NCBI GenBank assembly: GCA_903813345.2
Contig: CAIIXF020000001.1
Location: 20,088,001 to 20,152,000, forward strand
Source of the DNA: Owenia fusiformis
Lineage: Eukaryota
DNA length: 64,000 bases
Reading direction: 5' to 3'
A model generated the notes under the pieces. The model saw only the letters and a program-made list of their open reading frames with translations, did no database searches and had not been told where the DNA came from. Both the position numbers and the translations under genes were made by a program. Shown in pieces: positions 48,923-63,348 of the stretch; the first letter of the stretch is position 1, and each line of letters begins with the position of its first letter.

Positions 48923-51900
48923 CTGAAAATATAAAACATTTCTCTATAAAACGGAATAAACATTGGCAGAAGGGGCGAACTGAACGGTCAATACTCAGGA
49001 GGAAGTGGGCTTGATATGCAGTAATACTTGCATGTAAAAAATGATATTTTTGAATAACTGACCACTGACTGAGTATGCACACTGATTCAAATATTGTTCT
49101 CCACTTTCATGAAATGACAGCTTCTTCACTTTCCTATAGGTCTTTGGATTTCAATAATATTTAATTGCTAAAGATGCAGCCTTCAGTATTTTGATACTAT
49201 TAATTGTGCACTTTTTACTTTTATTACAAATTATTGTAAGCACCCTACACTGCCTATTTGTCTCTTTAACAAGCTTTATAAGACATCGATCTGGTATTTA
49301 TATTAGAGGCATCATTTAATTAAATCAGTGAAAAATTTCTATCAAATATCATTTGTGTTATTGCATTCATACCCAAACTGTCATGAAACCATTTTCATCA
49401 AAATATGCCTGAAGATGTATTCTGCAATTCTGGAAACAATTGTATAACTGAAGGCTGTATCTCTAGCAAACATATTATTGAATGATTGAAATGATGTGGC
49501 AAAATGAACTAAACAAGGCATGAACATGACAAAAAACACCATCAGTTATTGGAAGTTATAAGAATGCTGAACCCCAAACACTGACTGCCGAACACCATCC
49601 ACAAAAAGTTGAACCTATATGGGGACATATTGAGCCTTCCCTCTCGATATTGCCAACTCAAAGGTCATTGACTTTGAGGCTATTGAGATGTACCAGACTC
49701 TCTTAGTTGGAAAGAGCATCTTCTTCTAGAAATATGAATACCACAATGCCACAGGACAAGAGGTGATATAACCTTTTAATATATTAGGTAGATCATATAA
49801 AATAACATTGGAGGTATTATGATATAAGTGGCACAAAAATTAACCCTAAAACTCTCATTTCCTCGTCAATTAGGAGGAACAGGCATATCACAAAGGAGCA
49901 TTTAGAACTAACAACGGACAACCACTTTAACAGGCAATAAGCAAAAAAAGGCGTTTAAAGTGTGGGTGGAGATATTGATCATTTCAATATTCTTCAGTGG
50001 CCTTGTTCAGCCGCGATCAATACATCAATAGTAGTTAATTGCATCAATGCGCTGTGTTCCTCCCACCCTCCTCTGACCCACTCAAATGCAAGATAAGCAA
50101 AATATCTAATAGGACGTGAGTAGAGATCTGATGTAAGATAATATCAATAGGAGCTAGAGCAAGGAAAGGAAGGGGGAGTGGCAGTGATGTCAGATGACCT
50201 TTCCAATATAAAGGATGACTGATTGCAACCAAAACTAATCACCCTCTGGTATACAGAAAGTGATGGATCACTAAATATTCAATTTCATGCCCATTATTAG
50301 AGATCTTATATCTTCACACTAACATACAATTTCCCAATTTTCGACAGATGACTATTTGTTTCACTGTCAAAATTGTATCAATCGTTGTAATGAAAAATCC
50401 ACACATGCAAAACAAAGCATTTCATGGAAAATATTAATTTGAGATGCAAACAATTATGGTTTAGATTTCACAGAAATGATGGATGTTTAAGTTCAAGCTG
50501 CTCGTATCTCAAACAAATTTTTCTCTTTTTATTAATATTTTACTGCAAAGGCCTATCCCTGTATGATCTCATATTTTAAGAATGTGAATATGACAAATAT
50601 TAATGATGATGGTATTTGCCTATTGATAAAACACCAGAAGAGCGATAATATACAAAAAAATTTCAGGAATCAAGGGAATCTAAATTCTTCCTAGATTGAA
50701 TTGAGTAGAATCACCGTGGCTCAATAAAGCTGTCCATAGTCACATCCGAGGAAATCATTGCAGCCTAAGCAACCAAACAATATTCATTGACCTTCAGTTA
50801 ATTCTGGTTGGATCAAATATTCTGAAATACATCATGCTTTTAGAGCTGTATTGATTTATAAACCAATTCAGCAAATATTATATTTTGTTTTTTAGAATTT
50901 CCCTGGGAATATATTTGATTTTTCCTAAGGATGTTGAAACAAGGTATGTGCAATTCAGGAAATGCATCTTTTTGAGGCTATCTTTCTTTTCAAGATATAT
51001 AGGCTATCACAAGGTTATTTCGCATTTGCTTTTACTAAAATAACTATGTAAGTAATCCATGGGATGGACTGTGATGCAATTTTGTCAAAATCTTCATACA
51101 AACCAATTTCTGTATATTTTGGATATGTGCAATAAAGCTGGGACATTTTGTACCTTGGAGCTTCAGCCTCTTTGAGAAGTTGTGCTTCAAAATCAAAATG
51201 GCATTGGAGCATCAACATATATGATGCCATATATACCTTAGCTAAACTATACAAAATTCAAGAAATATACAATTTGCTCTCTGAATGGTTGGTGTTTGTA
51301 TTTTTCTATTCAGTATACCACTATAGCCATTGGACAATTGATCACATATTTTACAAAAAACAAATCCAAAATAATGTGATTTCACTTGCCATTTAATTCT
51401 AATTAACAATCTCCCAATTTTTTCTTTGGAATATGAACTACTTACAAATTCTAAATTTCTCAACAAATAAACACAGCTGGTAGTTTCAATACATTGATTT
51501 TCTAATTTTTGCATATAAGTATTAAGAACACATCTGGTTTCAAAATTTGATGGCCTACTGTGGTCTATGTCCTTGAATCCAGGTCTACTATGCAGTCGAA
51601 ATGTTGAGGCATGCGCAGACCTCTATTTAGTGATATTTTCATTTCAAATATGGCGGCCAATCCGATGTCTGACGACCCTTACAAAGAATCTAGGCAGTTT
51701 GCATTTTTACCTCCTGTGAAATAACAAGTGGAATTTAGTAGTTGTTTTGTGTTTTATTATCATTCTGCATCGTAATTCTATGTGATGTGGTGTTGAAATG
51801 TCAGCAGAAATACATATCCATACGATAATCGAGTGAATCAGATAACAGATTTTTCGAAAACCCGTCTCGTGCTAAGAGTGTAAAAACTTGTATTAACATG

Positions 51901-54900
51901 CTCAAAAGTGCCAATGTGCACATCAATGTCAAGCTAAATCAATGTTGTGTCTAAAACAGGTACCCGATCTACTCAAAACAGCTTGTCATTCACGTATACA
52001 CGCTTAGCAAACACGGCGAAATGACCCGAATCTTGGAATTTCGTTCAAGAGCTAGTAATGTTTGCTCCGGTCTTCGTCATAAGTGTTCATCAGACTTCAC
52101 GCATGCGCAGGGGAAAAACCATCAACCAATAAGGTTTATAAATCAATTTTGCGCATGCGCCTTACAACGGTAAACAAATTCGTATTTATAAACGAACCAG
52201 TTTGAGATAACCCGATATCAGTCGGAGAAATCTGACGATCTACGAAACTCACTTCAAAAAATCAAATGCGGACTGACGGCGTATTCTACTATGTTTGGAT
52301 CTAAGATTTTCAGTTTAGATAAAGTCTTTTATGATCTTTCGAATGAGGTAATTCTCTAGTTCGAAAGACAATCGTATCAACTTGAACAAAAGTTGAGTTT
52401 TGACGAAAAATTTTAACATGCGCAGAAGTCCCATTTTCGTTGTACCATATTGACTGTATGGTCCATATTCTTGAATCCAGGTCTACTCTGGTGTATGTCC
52501 TTGAATTCTGGTATACAATGGCCATGTCTTTAGGTCCCTGGTCCATATGCAGGTCTATCCTTGTCTGTCCTTTAGTCAAGGTCTACCCTGGTTCATATCA
52601 CTGAGGTCAACTCTGAGTCCAGGTTTATCCTTACATATGTCCTTCACCTTAGGTCTGCCCTGGTCCATATCAATAATCAGAAGAATCTCTATGGAAAAAT
52701 CTAATGCAAGAATTGTTGTGACAATGACATTGTTCAGCCAGCTGTAACTTTGCAACTAATGGCAGGATTCTTAATAATAGAAATCAAGGTCATGCTTGGA
52801 GTAAGAAATATAATTCAGAAATGTTGAAATTCCTTTCAAATGGACAAGACTCCATTCATAAAGCCTCAGGGATTACTTGCAATAACCACAGCATGTCAGA
52901 TAATAAACCTAGTTTCCATCATAAAGTACCCCTGGGACTACCCGAGAAAATATGATGGAATGAAGGAATGAAGGAATTGAGAGCAAAATAGTGGAATCCT
53001 CAAAGAACAAAGTAAACAGACATGTTATGAAGACCCTGGATGTATAAAAATACCAGAATACAAGGCAATTCATTGAATTTTAAAGATAAATGATACAGAT
53101 ATTGCAGGACTCAACAATTTTTTAGTCGTGGATCTATAATGTCAAATAAATGTTTTGGGGAGATACGGGATAAAATCGAACAATATATGACTTTTACGAG
53201 TATTAATCATATCAAATGACAATCTCATTTTTTGGAAAAGTTTTTTTTATTTTTAAATCAATGCAAGTTGGTATGAAAAAGAAACATATCTGATGAATGA
53301 TTGCAGAAATAATATAATAAAATGTTTCCTCGTTAACTCAACCATGAAGTTAGTCATCATATTAGAGTTTCACTTTTGCTTCCAAGCAGTGATAAAAATC
53401 CTCTGGGGAATTGCCATCCAGGAAAAAGAAGAAAAATGAAAAGACGCGAAATCAAAATTGCAAATTCATTCCTAAGCACATTGAACTGTCATTTGACACA
53501 CCAAACAAAGGATCGTGCGTGTATTATTGAAGCTATTATAAGCTCCCGGAAGATCTCCATGACAGCGAAGTCTCATAAGTCGCCCCTAGATTCCAATACA
53601 TTTATGACGCATGTTACATGGTCAACCTTTTAAAATGAAACATAAACCATAGACAATGATGGTTATCAGTCTTATTATAGTACCAGAGACAGAAATAAAA
53701 ATACATAGGCTATTTATACACTATTTCCAAGTGGATGGTAGTTTATTTAGCATTATAATGATAAGGCTGGAGTATGTGGCTTGTAATACTGCACTACAAT
53801 GCATCATATATCAACTCCCATTGAGATTAATACAGCTTGAGATTGTAGCTATGCTTGACACAAAGTAATAATTAACAATACAACTGCTTGCACATTTCTC
53901 TAAAAGACGTATCTTCTCTTTTTATAGCTCTCCAATGAAATGTCAACTGGTCAAGAAACTCATCCCTTGTGTGTTTTCTCGGAACAACTTGACAAAAATG
54001 GAAACACCAAAGAGTAGCATATCCGGCTATTCCGAATAATAAAAACATTTTAAATATTTCATGCTAAAAATAGCATGACTGCAGAATACCATCAATTGGA
54101 ATGTGTTTGTCTAATTTCTTGCCCTCATTAGACATTTTGAATTTCACTAAAGAATGAGTGTGAAAGGTGAAATAATATTTCTTATAAACAATGTACTCTG
54201 ATAGACCTTAAATGATCGAGGTGAATCCAGAGAGATGGCACTAAATTCAGTAGATTGGATATGGTTGGACAGATTCAACAATTGGGCACAATAGGTAGAC
54301 CAGTCAATATAAACAAGCTAGTTGCAAATGTCCCCCATCTTTCGAATGTTCCTACCTCACGACCTTGATAAATCTGCCCGATTTAACCGACCACTGTGTA
54401 AATAAACCCCAGCTGAGTTCACTCTCAATATTGCTCCTCCTGGCAGTTGCAACTGAGTTTTGTGAGACGCCACAAAACCAATTGGCCAATAAACGATGTT
54501 ACATTTATTCAGACGTTTTCAATATTTTGTCACGTGACGAAGCAGGGCGTTCTGATTGGGTCCGTGGACTTAAAACCGGGCCATGAACCGCCACATATGA
54601 ATGGGACAAACAAATTGACCTTTTATGCCACAGGGTCTCTAGACCCAGTGGAAAGCGACGATGAATGTCCTTATGTCATTAAAATGAAACAAACAGGTTG
54701 GTAATAATAGAGGTATAGGCCTTAGAACATGTGCAAATATGAAACTGAAAGTAATCAATAGCTATACTTGTATATATATACCTCTCACATTAACCAATCT
54801 GCATATACAAGGCACAGCATGGACTTAAAACTCTCTGAGATCACTTATGAATATATAAATTAGGAATAAAATGGAAAAAGTAATTAGTGCATACTATACT

Positions 54901-55700
54901 AGGAATAAATTATTGCCGAGAAAAGTTTCTTCTTATTCTCTCCTTTATTTTTTTCTTGATTGCTCTTGTTTCTAATTTGTGATGGCTATATTATTGTTTA
55001 ATGTTTTCATTTTTTATTTCATTTTTATACAAAAATCATCATACAAAATTCTACATTTGAATTATCAAGGAGGATAGCTGTTTGCTCTTCATTATAGTCA
55101 CACTCATTAGGCTTTGTCTACTTATATAACCATAAAACTGCAGATTATGCTTTCCCATCACACTCATGATCAATTGATCTCTTTTAATTGCTTTAACTGG
55201 TCCTTCAATGTTGAGTGAGTAAGAGACATATTTTCTAGAGTGGTTATCCCATAGTGGAATACTCCAAGAGGTGGTACAGCCTGTGGATCCCATAATGCTA
55301 AAAATAAATTCTGAAATGGATGAATGAAGCCAATTGCATGGCCCATTATACTGCTCACAAGTACTAAAAGTAGAATTTACTAATTGGAGTTAGATGTTTC
55401 CATTAAGCCCAATATAGAAATGAATAATAACCTACCCCTAGCCTAATAATTCTTAGCATGGCATTTAAAGTGACTGTATCCAAAGTATTTAATAGTTCTT
55501 GAAAAAATGTGCTTGGCTAGTTTGATCTACTTTGTTTTAATTAAGATTGATGCAATATAAATGATACATTTATTTATGTAATATACACAATGTTTTGGTC
55601 AATTTTATCATTCATTAAGGGGTGGTCATACTATATGTGTTGTTGAATTTGGAACTACAGCCTTTCAAGGGCATATTTTAAAAACAATTTCAATGTTCAC

Positions 55701-55851
55701 CCTTCGACACTAACTTTAGGACTTCAAGATCTTCTACATCTATGATTCCCTTGAGACCAGGTGCTCCCATTCTGATACTCATAGCATCTTTCTCTTTCAC
55801 AGGGCTTATATGAACTGAGATGTCATGGTTTATTGATGAGGTGCTCCGCAT
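55701..55851 (-). CDS. Candidate alternative first coding exon of DGK (MRSTSS...GIIDVEDLEVLKLVSK)
   Basis: Open frame from an ATG to a phase-1 but weak donor AGG|gtgaac; hydrophobic spacing resembles the first helix of type I DGK N-termini. Confidence 0.3.
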
Positions 55852-56769
55852 TGGGACTACTATTATCAACCTTTCTGCCTCTGTTAGGGGAACACTTTTC
55901 AGTCCGAACACCAACTGGCTTAATGTTAAATGAATCTCTTTAAATAGAAGACCTCCAAAATGGAACACACACTGCCAAAGGTGTTCTTCTTAAACAGGTT
56001 TTCCTGTTTTGGATTGTGATATTGATTACTGAATGATGGGGAAGAGTGCAAGACATTGCTTCTTTATATGTTAAATCATACTTTTTCCATTTCCAAATTT
56101 TGTAATGCTCTTTTTTCTTTTCACTTTTGGCATCATGTTTGCATATATTCAATGAATGTTACTCTGAATAAATCCTGGAAAACATATTCGAGACCAATAT
56201 GCTTTGGAATTCTCAAATGCAGGAATGTTTCTAGAAATGCATCTCTGGCTAAATACTCATCATTCAAACAGAATTAGTAAAGTGTTTTAAAAGGTCACCT
56301 TATTTTGTAAACAAGCATATAGATATAAAAATAACAAATCCCTGTGTAATTTATACTCATCCAAGCTCTACTCAGTGAACATATCATAACTAATCAACAT
56401 TTTTCCACATAAAGTTTCAGAAGAAAATTGAATATGCCAGCAAATGGCGAAGTCATTTATAATCCACCCACATGGTTCACCTAGAACCCCTACACCTGTA
56501 AACAGTATATTCTCAAGCAGTCTATCACATGTTATAAATGAGGAAATAACGCTATATGTGAACTACACAAGCAGTTGCCAATTAAGTTTTTGAGTGATTC
56601 ATTTTTTATGAGAACCGATAGTTGTTTGATATAACATGATATCTGATAAGACAAAATGCGTTTTTAATTCACTGCGATTAGAGACTAAGAAATAGCATCC
56701 AAGTTTGGCCAGCCGATATGGCGAATTTTCACTTTAAATAATGTCTGGGTCTATATACTGTACATACGT

Positions 56770-57475
56770 TCATGGAAAATAATAGACTCACCAAAAAATA
56801 ATATTGACTATAATCAACCTAATGGATGGTGTTCAGATATAAAATCAATTTTCAATAAGTTAGGGATGAATGATTATTATAACCAGAAACAATATGTTAA
56901 TACCAGCATTGTTAAGAGAAAACTAAAGTTAAAATTACAAGAAAAATTACGTATAGACATTGAATCATAACCCAAATTGAGGACTTACCTGACTTTTAAA
57001 CATGACTGTCCAATAGAACAATATTTACTTACATCATCATTGACAAGGGGTGAATGCTCTTTAATAGCTCAGTTAAGAACTAACGTGAATTGAAAAGACA
57101 GTGCCAAATTTGTAACTCAAATGATATTGAAAATGAATCACATTTTGTATTTAAATGTTCAAGGTATTCAGAAGCTAGAAAGTCTTTTCTTCAGGAAATC
57201 AAATGTACTTCCTTTAATGACATCTTTGAAAATAAAAAAATATATTAAATGTTTTGGAAAGTATTTGCAAAAAATAGTCTATATAAGGAAAAGCGTTTTA
57301 TTTAAAAATCAAAATCAATAATGATGTTGAACTTAATTGCACTAATTTAATATTTGTATTTGTAATTTTGTATTTGTATAAAATGTAACTTATTTTTATT
57401 AATGTAAAATGTGTCTCATAAGCCCAAGTAGGGCTGGCTATTAAATAAATGAATGAATAAATGAATATAAATAAA
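56770..57475 (+). mobile_element. Degenerate LINE (L2/CR1-group) ORF2 C-terminus and 3' tail
   Basis: Reads PKLRTYLTFK..EQYL..SLIAQLR, then a CCHC-like knuckle CQICNSNDIENESHFVFKCSRY, ending in an (AATG/AATA)n tail. Confidence 0.7.
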
Positions 57476-59495
57476 TATACATGGTTGATTTGATTTGATT
57501 TAAATATTATATCTATTCTGGGTAGCTCTATCAGTACAAAACTGGTCTTCTGAGAGGCCCAGTGATTCCAAAAGTAATCTTCCTTACTAGTATCAACTTG
57601 CTGAAACCTTATACCTGGTACAATAATGATCACAATAATAAACAATCATTTTATTATAATAGTTTTCTGAGTAAAGTAATGTTCTGAATTTTGAGTGGCG
57701 CATGGCTCAACCTCTTGTAACTCCCTCCCTTGTGAACACCTTCCCATCCAGACACATTTTTCCGATCCTATTTATACCTCCCATTGACTCCCAATTGTGA
57801 AAAACCTGAAATTCAAACACCTCCTAATTCGAACAATTAACACTTTTCACAAAATATCACATATTTCTTACAAAATTGCTCAAATATACTTAAACACTGA
57901 TTTGTTATGATTTCAAACTTTTGAAAAAACATCAAATTATCTCAATCATAATAGGTCTTTCTACAAGACTAAATTCATTTGAATTGGCTTTTAGAATGCC
58001 TTAATAAGCTATGTGGTCAAAAGAAATATTAATATTCATTGAGAATGCACTTACATTTCTTCAAAATAAAGAAACTGAAGGATACAAGAACCTGTGAAAT
58101 TCGAACATATCCTAATCCAAACGCTTTTAGCCAGTCTCAATGGCGCTTGACTTAATAGACAGGTTTTACTGTACATAAGCCATGTTACAATCTTTTGTTG
58201 CGAATGATTATAAAATCTAAATAAACTGTAATAGCAGAATGAGTTCTAAAATCTATGAAGTGAGGCATCTCATAGAATTTTGTAAAGGACGATAAATTCT
58301 CTGGAAATTCACGGAAACAGGAAATAAATTGCGGCACATCATGTAGGCTACTGGCAACTCCTAAAGTAACATGTCGGTGGTTTATTGAGGCAATTATATG
58401 AGTATTGAGTCCAGCCGGGAGAGCATAAGGCATATATTCCTATGTAAATCATTTATTTATGGGGCTCTGAACCATTAATTGCACTCCGAGGATCTGAACT
58501 AATATAATGTCTAATCAGTCAAAGAAAGTTAAAAGGAGCACATGAAATATGTCCATATCATTACTGGCTTCATTGCATTCAGTCTCTTTTTGTACTAACA
58601 ATGTTTTGCATTCCTTTACTTACAGAATGTGAAGTTTGGCTGTGATATTACCTATTTATATATTATATAACCATGCCTTTAGTATACAGGGTGACCCCAG
58701 AAATGCAACCTTTTAATTTTGAAATAAACAATCTGTCTGTTGTTTTCAACAATAAATAAGAGTTATTCAATTGAGAGTTGTGCATTTTATAGTGTCACCC
58801 TGTACAAAACTCAAACATCGCTTCCTCACTTGCAAATAAAGGTGAAACTCAATACTTTCTATTCTAGCGTCCTTCTCCTAATTACAAGGAAGATTTAGGG
58901 CAACATTAGAGAGATTTCACAACTCACTTATAGCATGTTTATTATTCCTGTATAACGTATAACTTATAAAATGTTTGATTACGTCATAATTTAGTGTGTG
59001 ATATTCTTACGCAGAGACGGCGATTTATATGAATATCACACTTATGGACGTATAGAGCTACGTAATAAATGATGAAGAAAATGTCTTTTTTGAGCGATCT
59101 CTATGAATATCACACTTTTGGACGTATAGAGCTACGCAATAAATGATTAAGAAAATATATTTTTTGACAACTACTGTATGTGACCTTGTTTCACTATCAT
59201 TTTATCCAGTATATATTCATATCCCCAGGTATTAAATATGCCCTTAGTCAGAACAGATATTGATATGTATATCAAGACACAACAGATCAAAGAAAGCATT
59301 AGACCCATTCATACAACTATGTATTAAGAATGCTGAATGCTGATATTGACAATGTATATATTCAGACTATATGTGAAAACCCAATAAATGCATTATACTT
59401 CTATTATACAGTCAATACATGTACTTAGATAAATAATTCTATTAAATTTAAATCAGGTGATCTAATATCACAGAAAATGATAGAAAATATCTCAC

Positions 59496-59550
59496 CTGTT
59501 TTCTCAGCAATGTAAGGAGCAAGTTTGCTCAGTGCAACAAAAATTGACAT
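59496..59550 (-). CDS. Candidate alternative first coding exon of DGK (MSIFVALSKLAPYIAEKT)
   Basis: ATG, 18 codons plus G, then a strong donor CAG|gtgaga; phase 1 fits the acceptor of exon 48873-48922. Confidence 0.4.
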
Positions 59551-62500
59551 TCTTTATGCTTCAATATTTACTTTTGTTTTTCATTGATTTCTTGTCCGAA
59601 TTAATAGCAAGCAACAGTGTAACATGTGTTCTCATCTAATTGTACCAGGAATTTTACGATAATATCTCTCCATATTTGGTCATTCTGTGTATGAGTGGCA
59701 GCGAAGGATCAGCTCCTTGTTCCTAAACCGATGATCTGTGGTGACTAATATGCGATCAACCGATTTACAATTTCTTGTTCCCAAGAATGTGTTCAATCAA
59801 TAGCCAAACAGGCATTACTAATTTAGAGGATCTTATTCAATGAGTTGATAAGAAATTAAATGTCATTGTTTATAATGTCCATGGATGTGATATTCTCTTC
59901 ACAATTCTTTTAACAAGCCAGCATCAATTGCACTGAACTAAATGTCAAATTGAATTGCTAGTACAATATTGTCCCATATTGCTATAAATATATCAGCTAT
60001 TGATAAAGGTTTTAGTAAATTGTTACAGCTGTCCACACATAATGTTCATTTCTGGTATCCATATACTATAGTAGGTGTGTCTGTGTCTTATCTCTTGTTT
60101 GATGTGTCCATGAACTATTGATGTGTCTTCACGAATCTGATCATTAAGTACACTAGGTACCAGCTTACTGAACAAATGCAGACCCTAGTATGAATTTTAA
60201 AATGCCCTAGCATGCCATATATAATTTATTACCGAGATGGATGAATTTATGCTAACTCCTACATGGCAAAAATCAATAGCTATAAAATAGAAAAAACTGT
60301 TCTAATTAACACAAGTTGATCTTGCAGACACGCTTCAAATAAAAACAGAAAACCTTCAGACAGTTGCATCTGGATTCAAACATGTTAGATCCCCAGTAAT
60401 TATGCTTTAAACATTGTAGGTCCATATGTTTTAGTTGGTATTTCATAAGTGAATCGGCCGTATTTGCATGGTGAGCCTTCAATTAATGGTCTTCAATAAC
60501 ATCTCATCCAACCACGATCTGCAGTCAATCAATGTGCCACAATCCCTGGTTCGTAAAACTCTACCAGGGCTCGAGATAATCTATAGATCTCGAGAACTCA
60601 ATGTGGCATGATCAAATTGGCACTTACTAAATTAGTAAATTAGTAAGCGAGACGCATCAGTATTCAATTCTAAAAGATGTCATAGATCACCAACCATTTC
60701 AACAATATCCTATTACAGAAAACCAAATCAACCGTAATAATTATTATCTAATAAAACACATGGAGGCAATAACTGCTATGGATTAAACAGCCAGGCACAG
60801 GCAGCACTTTAATATGCGTTACTTGGCCTCTTATGAGCAATGTTTCTTGGAGTAATGCACATGGGGTGCTGGGTCAGAAAGCAGCAATTACCACCTACTT
60901 CATCCATCATCCTCCATCAGATCCCATCTTTTCTGACAAGCAATTCGCAGATTGATGCTAATATTGATTTCTAAGATTGACCAAAGCTTGAAAATAAACA
61001 TAGCCAATAATAATAAGTCGCCTATCGCTTAGGAAAAGAATATGCTTTGGAAAACATTAAATTAAAGGCAGAATCAGATATATAGGGGGTGACAAAATTA
61101 CAAGCAACTTGTCTTATTGACCTACAATCTATTCCTTACAATATCAAATACAATATCTCCAAAAAGATTCACAATATGTAAAAAATGGTGAAGTTATTAA
61201 TGATTCAAAGTGCAAAAATGTTTAAATTCTCCCAAATAGAAAATTAATATATAATTGTAAAAATCTTTAGTTTTCCAGGAGTAAAGTATGTACTTTTGTG
61301 ATTTTTAGAAAATAAACATGACAAGGAATGACATGAGCCAAAAATATTCTAAAATTGGAACAATTTTTTTTGTTTAGCCTGCTGACGCTATCTCTGATTC
61401 TCTCTTAATGCAAGCTGTATTCATCATTTTGGACATCAAGACCAACATTAGATTCTTCTGAAGAAATGGCTTTTCACTTCAAAAGCTTGAACATACATGT
61501 ATTTTATACATTTAGATAAGTTGCACAAATAGCCTTTAAATGTTTGTAGCACTCTTTGACTGGTAAATCTAGCGACTTCAATATATATTATTAAATAAAT
61601 TTTATTGAGTATACTTTTCTACTTACTTGTTACATGTCAGATATATGTAGTATATGTTTCAAAATTTGAGGAAGATTTGACAATTTGAATATTAATTGTA
61701 AAATTATGATTATATCGCCTGGCTATACATGAACTCTTAAGCAAACTCTCAATCTGAAGTATTTTCTTCTTTCTAATGGTATATGTCGGTGTAGCATGCT
61801 TTAATTGATCAAATTTTGGAAAAATTGTTAATTGCATATGTTTCGAGTAAGAAAATATTTCTTCATCTTGGATTTCTTGTAATGAAATAGAGGTGTCATG
61901 AAAGACAGTATGATGAAAATAAACAAGGCATTAATGTCACAACTTATCATTTGTTACAGATATCAACCACCAAACGCTATTACAGATACTGATACCGAAC
62001 AATGTCCAAAAAGTCTATAACACTACAGGACATAACTCATAAAATGGTTATATAGGTTCACAGTAAAAATTTGAAGTCAGTCTAAACTAACTTGTTAAAT
62101 CATTGGAAGTTATAGTAAGAATTTGTTACAGATGCCAAATACCAAAATCCTACTGCTGAATGCCAACCACCGACAAAAAAATTGGAGACTATAACAATAC
62201 GTCACCACTGGGGTGACATTATAAAAAATGATATTTTCAATGAGGATAATGAGGCATATGGGAATGTAGGATTAGACATATTCATTTTTTGTAACAATCA
62301 GTTACATTCTGGGGAATTCAAGCAAAGACAGATTAATCAAATATGACCAGAGATAGTTGGGGAAATCATGTTACATCAGCCAGTACCCGAAATATCAATT
62401 GATTTTTCAACAGAAATAGTTTTTCATATCTTAAAATAATTATCTTGTAAATTAGGATTTATGAGGCTTGCATATGGCATTTATTTCCCTTTAAAGAGAT

Positions 62501-63023
62501 TGCCATATACAGTATTAGGGATATCATTTAGAATAAAGCTTTTAATGAGAAATCTATATTCAAGATCAATTTATTGTAGACAATGTTAAACATATATACC
62601 TTATACTATAGATCAAGGGTTCCAATAAAGAGGAACTTGGGTATGTTAAAATGTATATTTACTTTAATATATGAATCTTGTGGGCTCAATTTGTCATGGG
62701 TCTCTTACTGTGCTGTACATATCAATGAAGCCTTTTGATCTCCCCAAGCAAGGACGTGTGCTTTATAGTATAATATGGCTGCCATTTCATATGACAAAAT
62801 ATCAGTATGGGAACAAGAAGAAGACAACACTATGTGATGCTCATAGACAAACATTATTCAGTAGTTATTTGTGATATCATATTTCATTGTCAACATATAC
62901 AGTAGTGAGCCCTGATAATATATATTAACAAAATTAGCCATGCATAAGTTGGTCATGATAACATATTAACATATAGTTGGTCATGATAATATGTATGAAC
63001 TAATCGTTATATATGTCAACACA

Positions 63024-63348
63024 TACCCTGCATGCAGAGTCTAGTTAAAACTACCCTCTGCCTAGTTAAGACTATATTACAGTTAAGTAGCCCGCCTCTA
63101 CAAGCTATGACATTCCTGGTCATACAGCCCTTTGAACCTCCCATGCTGATCTTTTCTCAACCAGTCAGTGAGCTGGAGGGAACACATACTAAATGCGTGT
63201 GTCAGAGGATATGACCATATATAGAAAGTCGTCCCTATTACGACAACAAACTCTGAATGGCTCGGTGAGTTCAGAGATTTATCGTAAACCGAAAGAGTGA
63301 AGACGAAGCTCTCTTTTAAGGAGCGACGTCGAATGAATGCAAAGGGTA
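63024..63348. mobile_element. Small DNA-transposon-like insert within a tandem repeat
   Basis: Ends TACCCT / AGGGTA; GTCAACACA on both sides (63015-63023, 63349-63357); GC-richer than the flanks. Confidence 0.5.

Noticed and set aside
54320-54645. Possible tRNA gene or tRNA-derived SINE head on the minus strand
   Set aside because: A and B boxes are too degenerate and no cloverleaf forms; probably an old repeat, but not supportable.
797-55731. Shared ~19-bp string CTTTAGGACTTC.AGATCT at about 797 and 55714 (DLEVLK on the minus strand)
   Set aside because: Similarity does not extend on either side; treated as coincidence.
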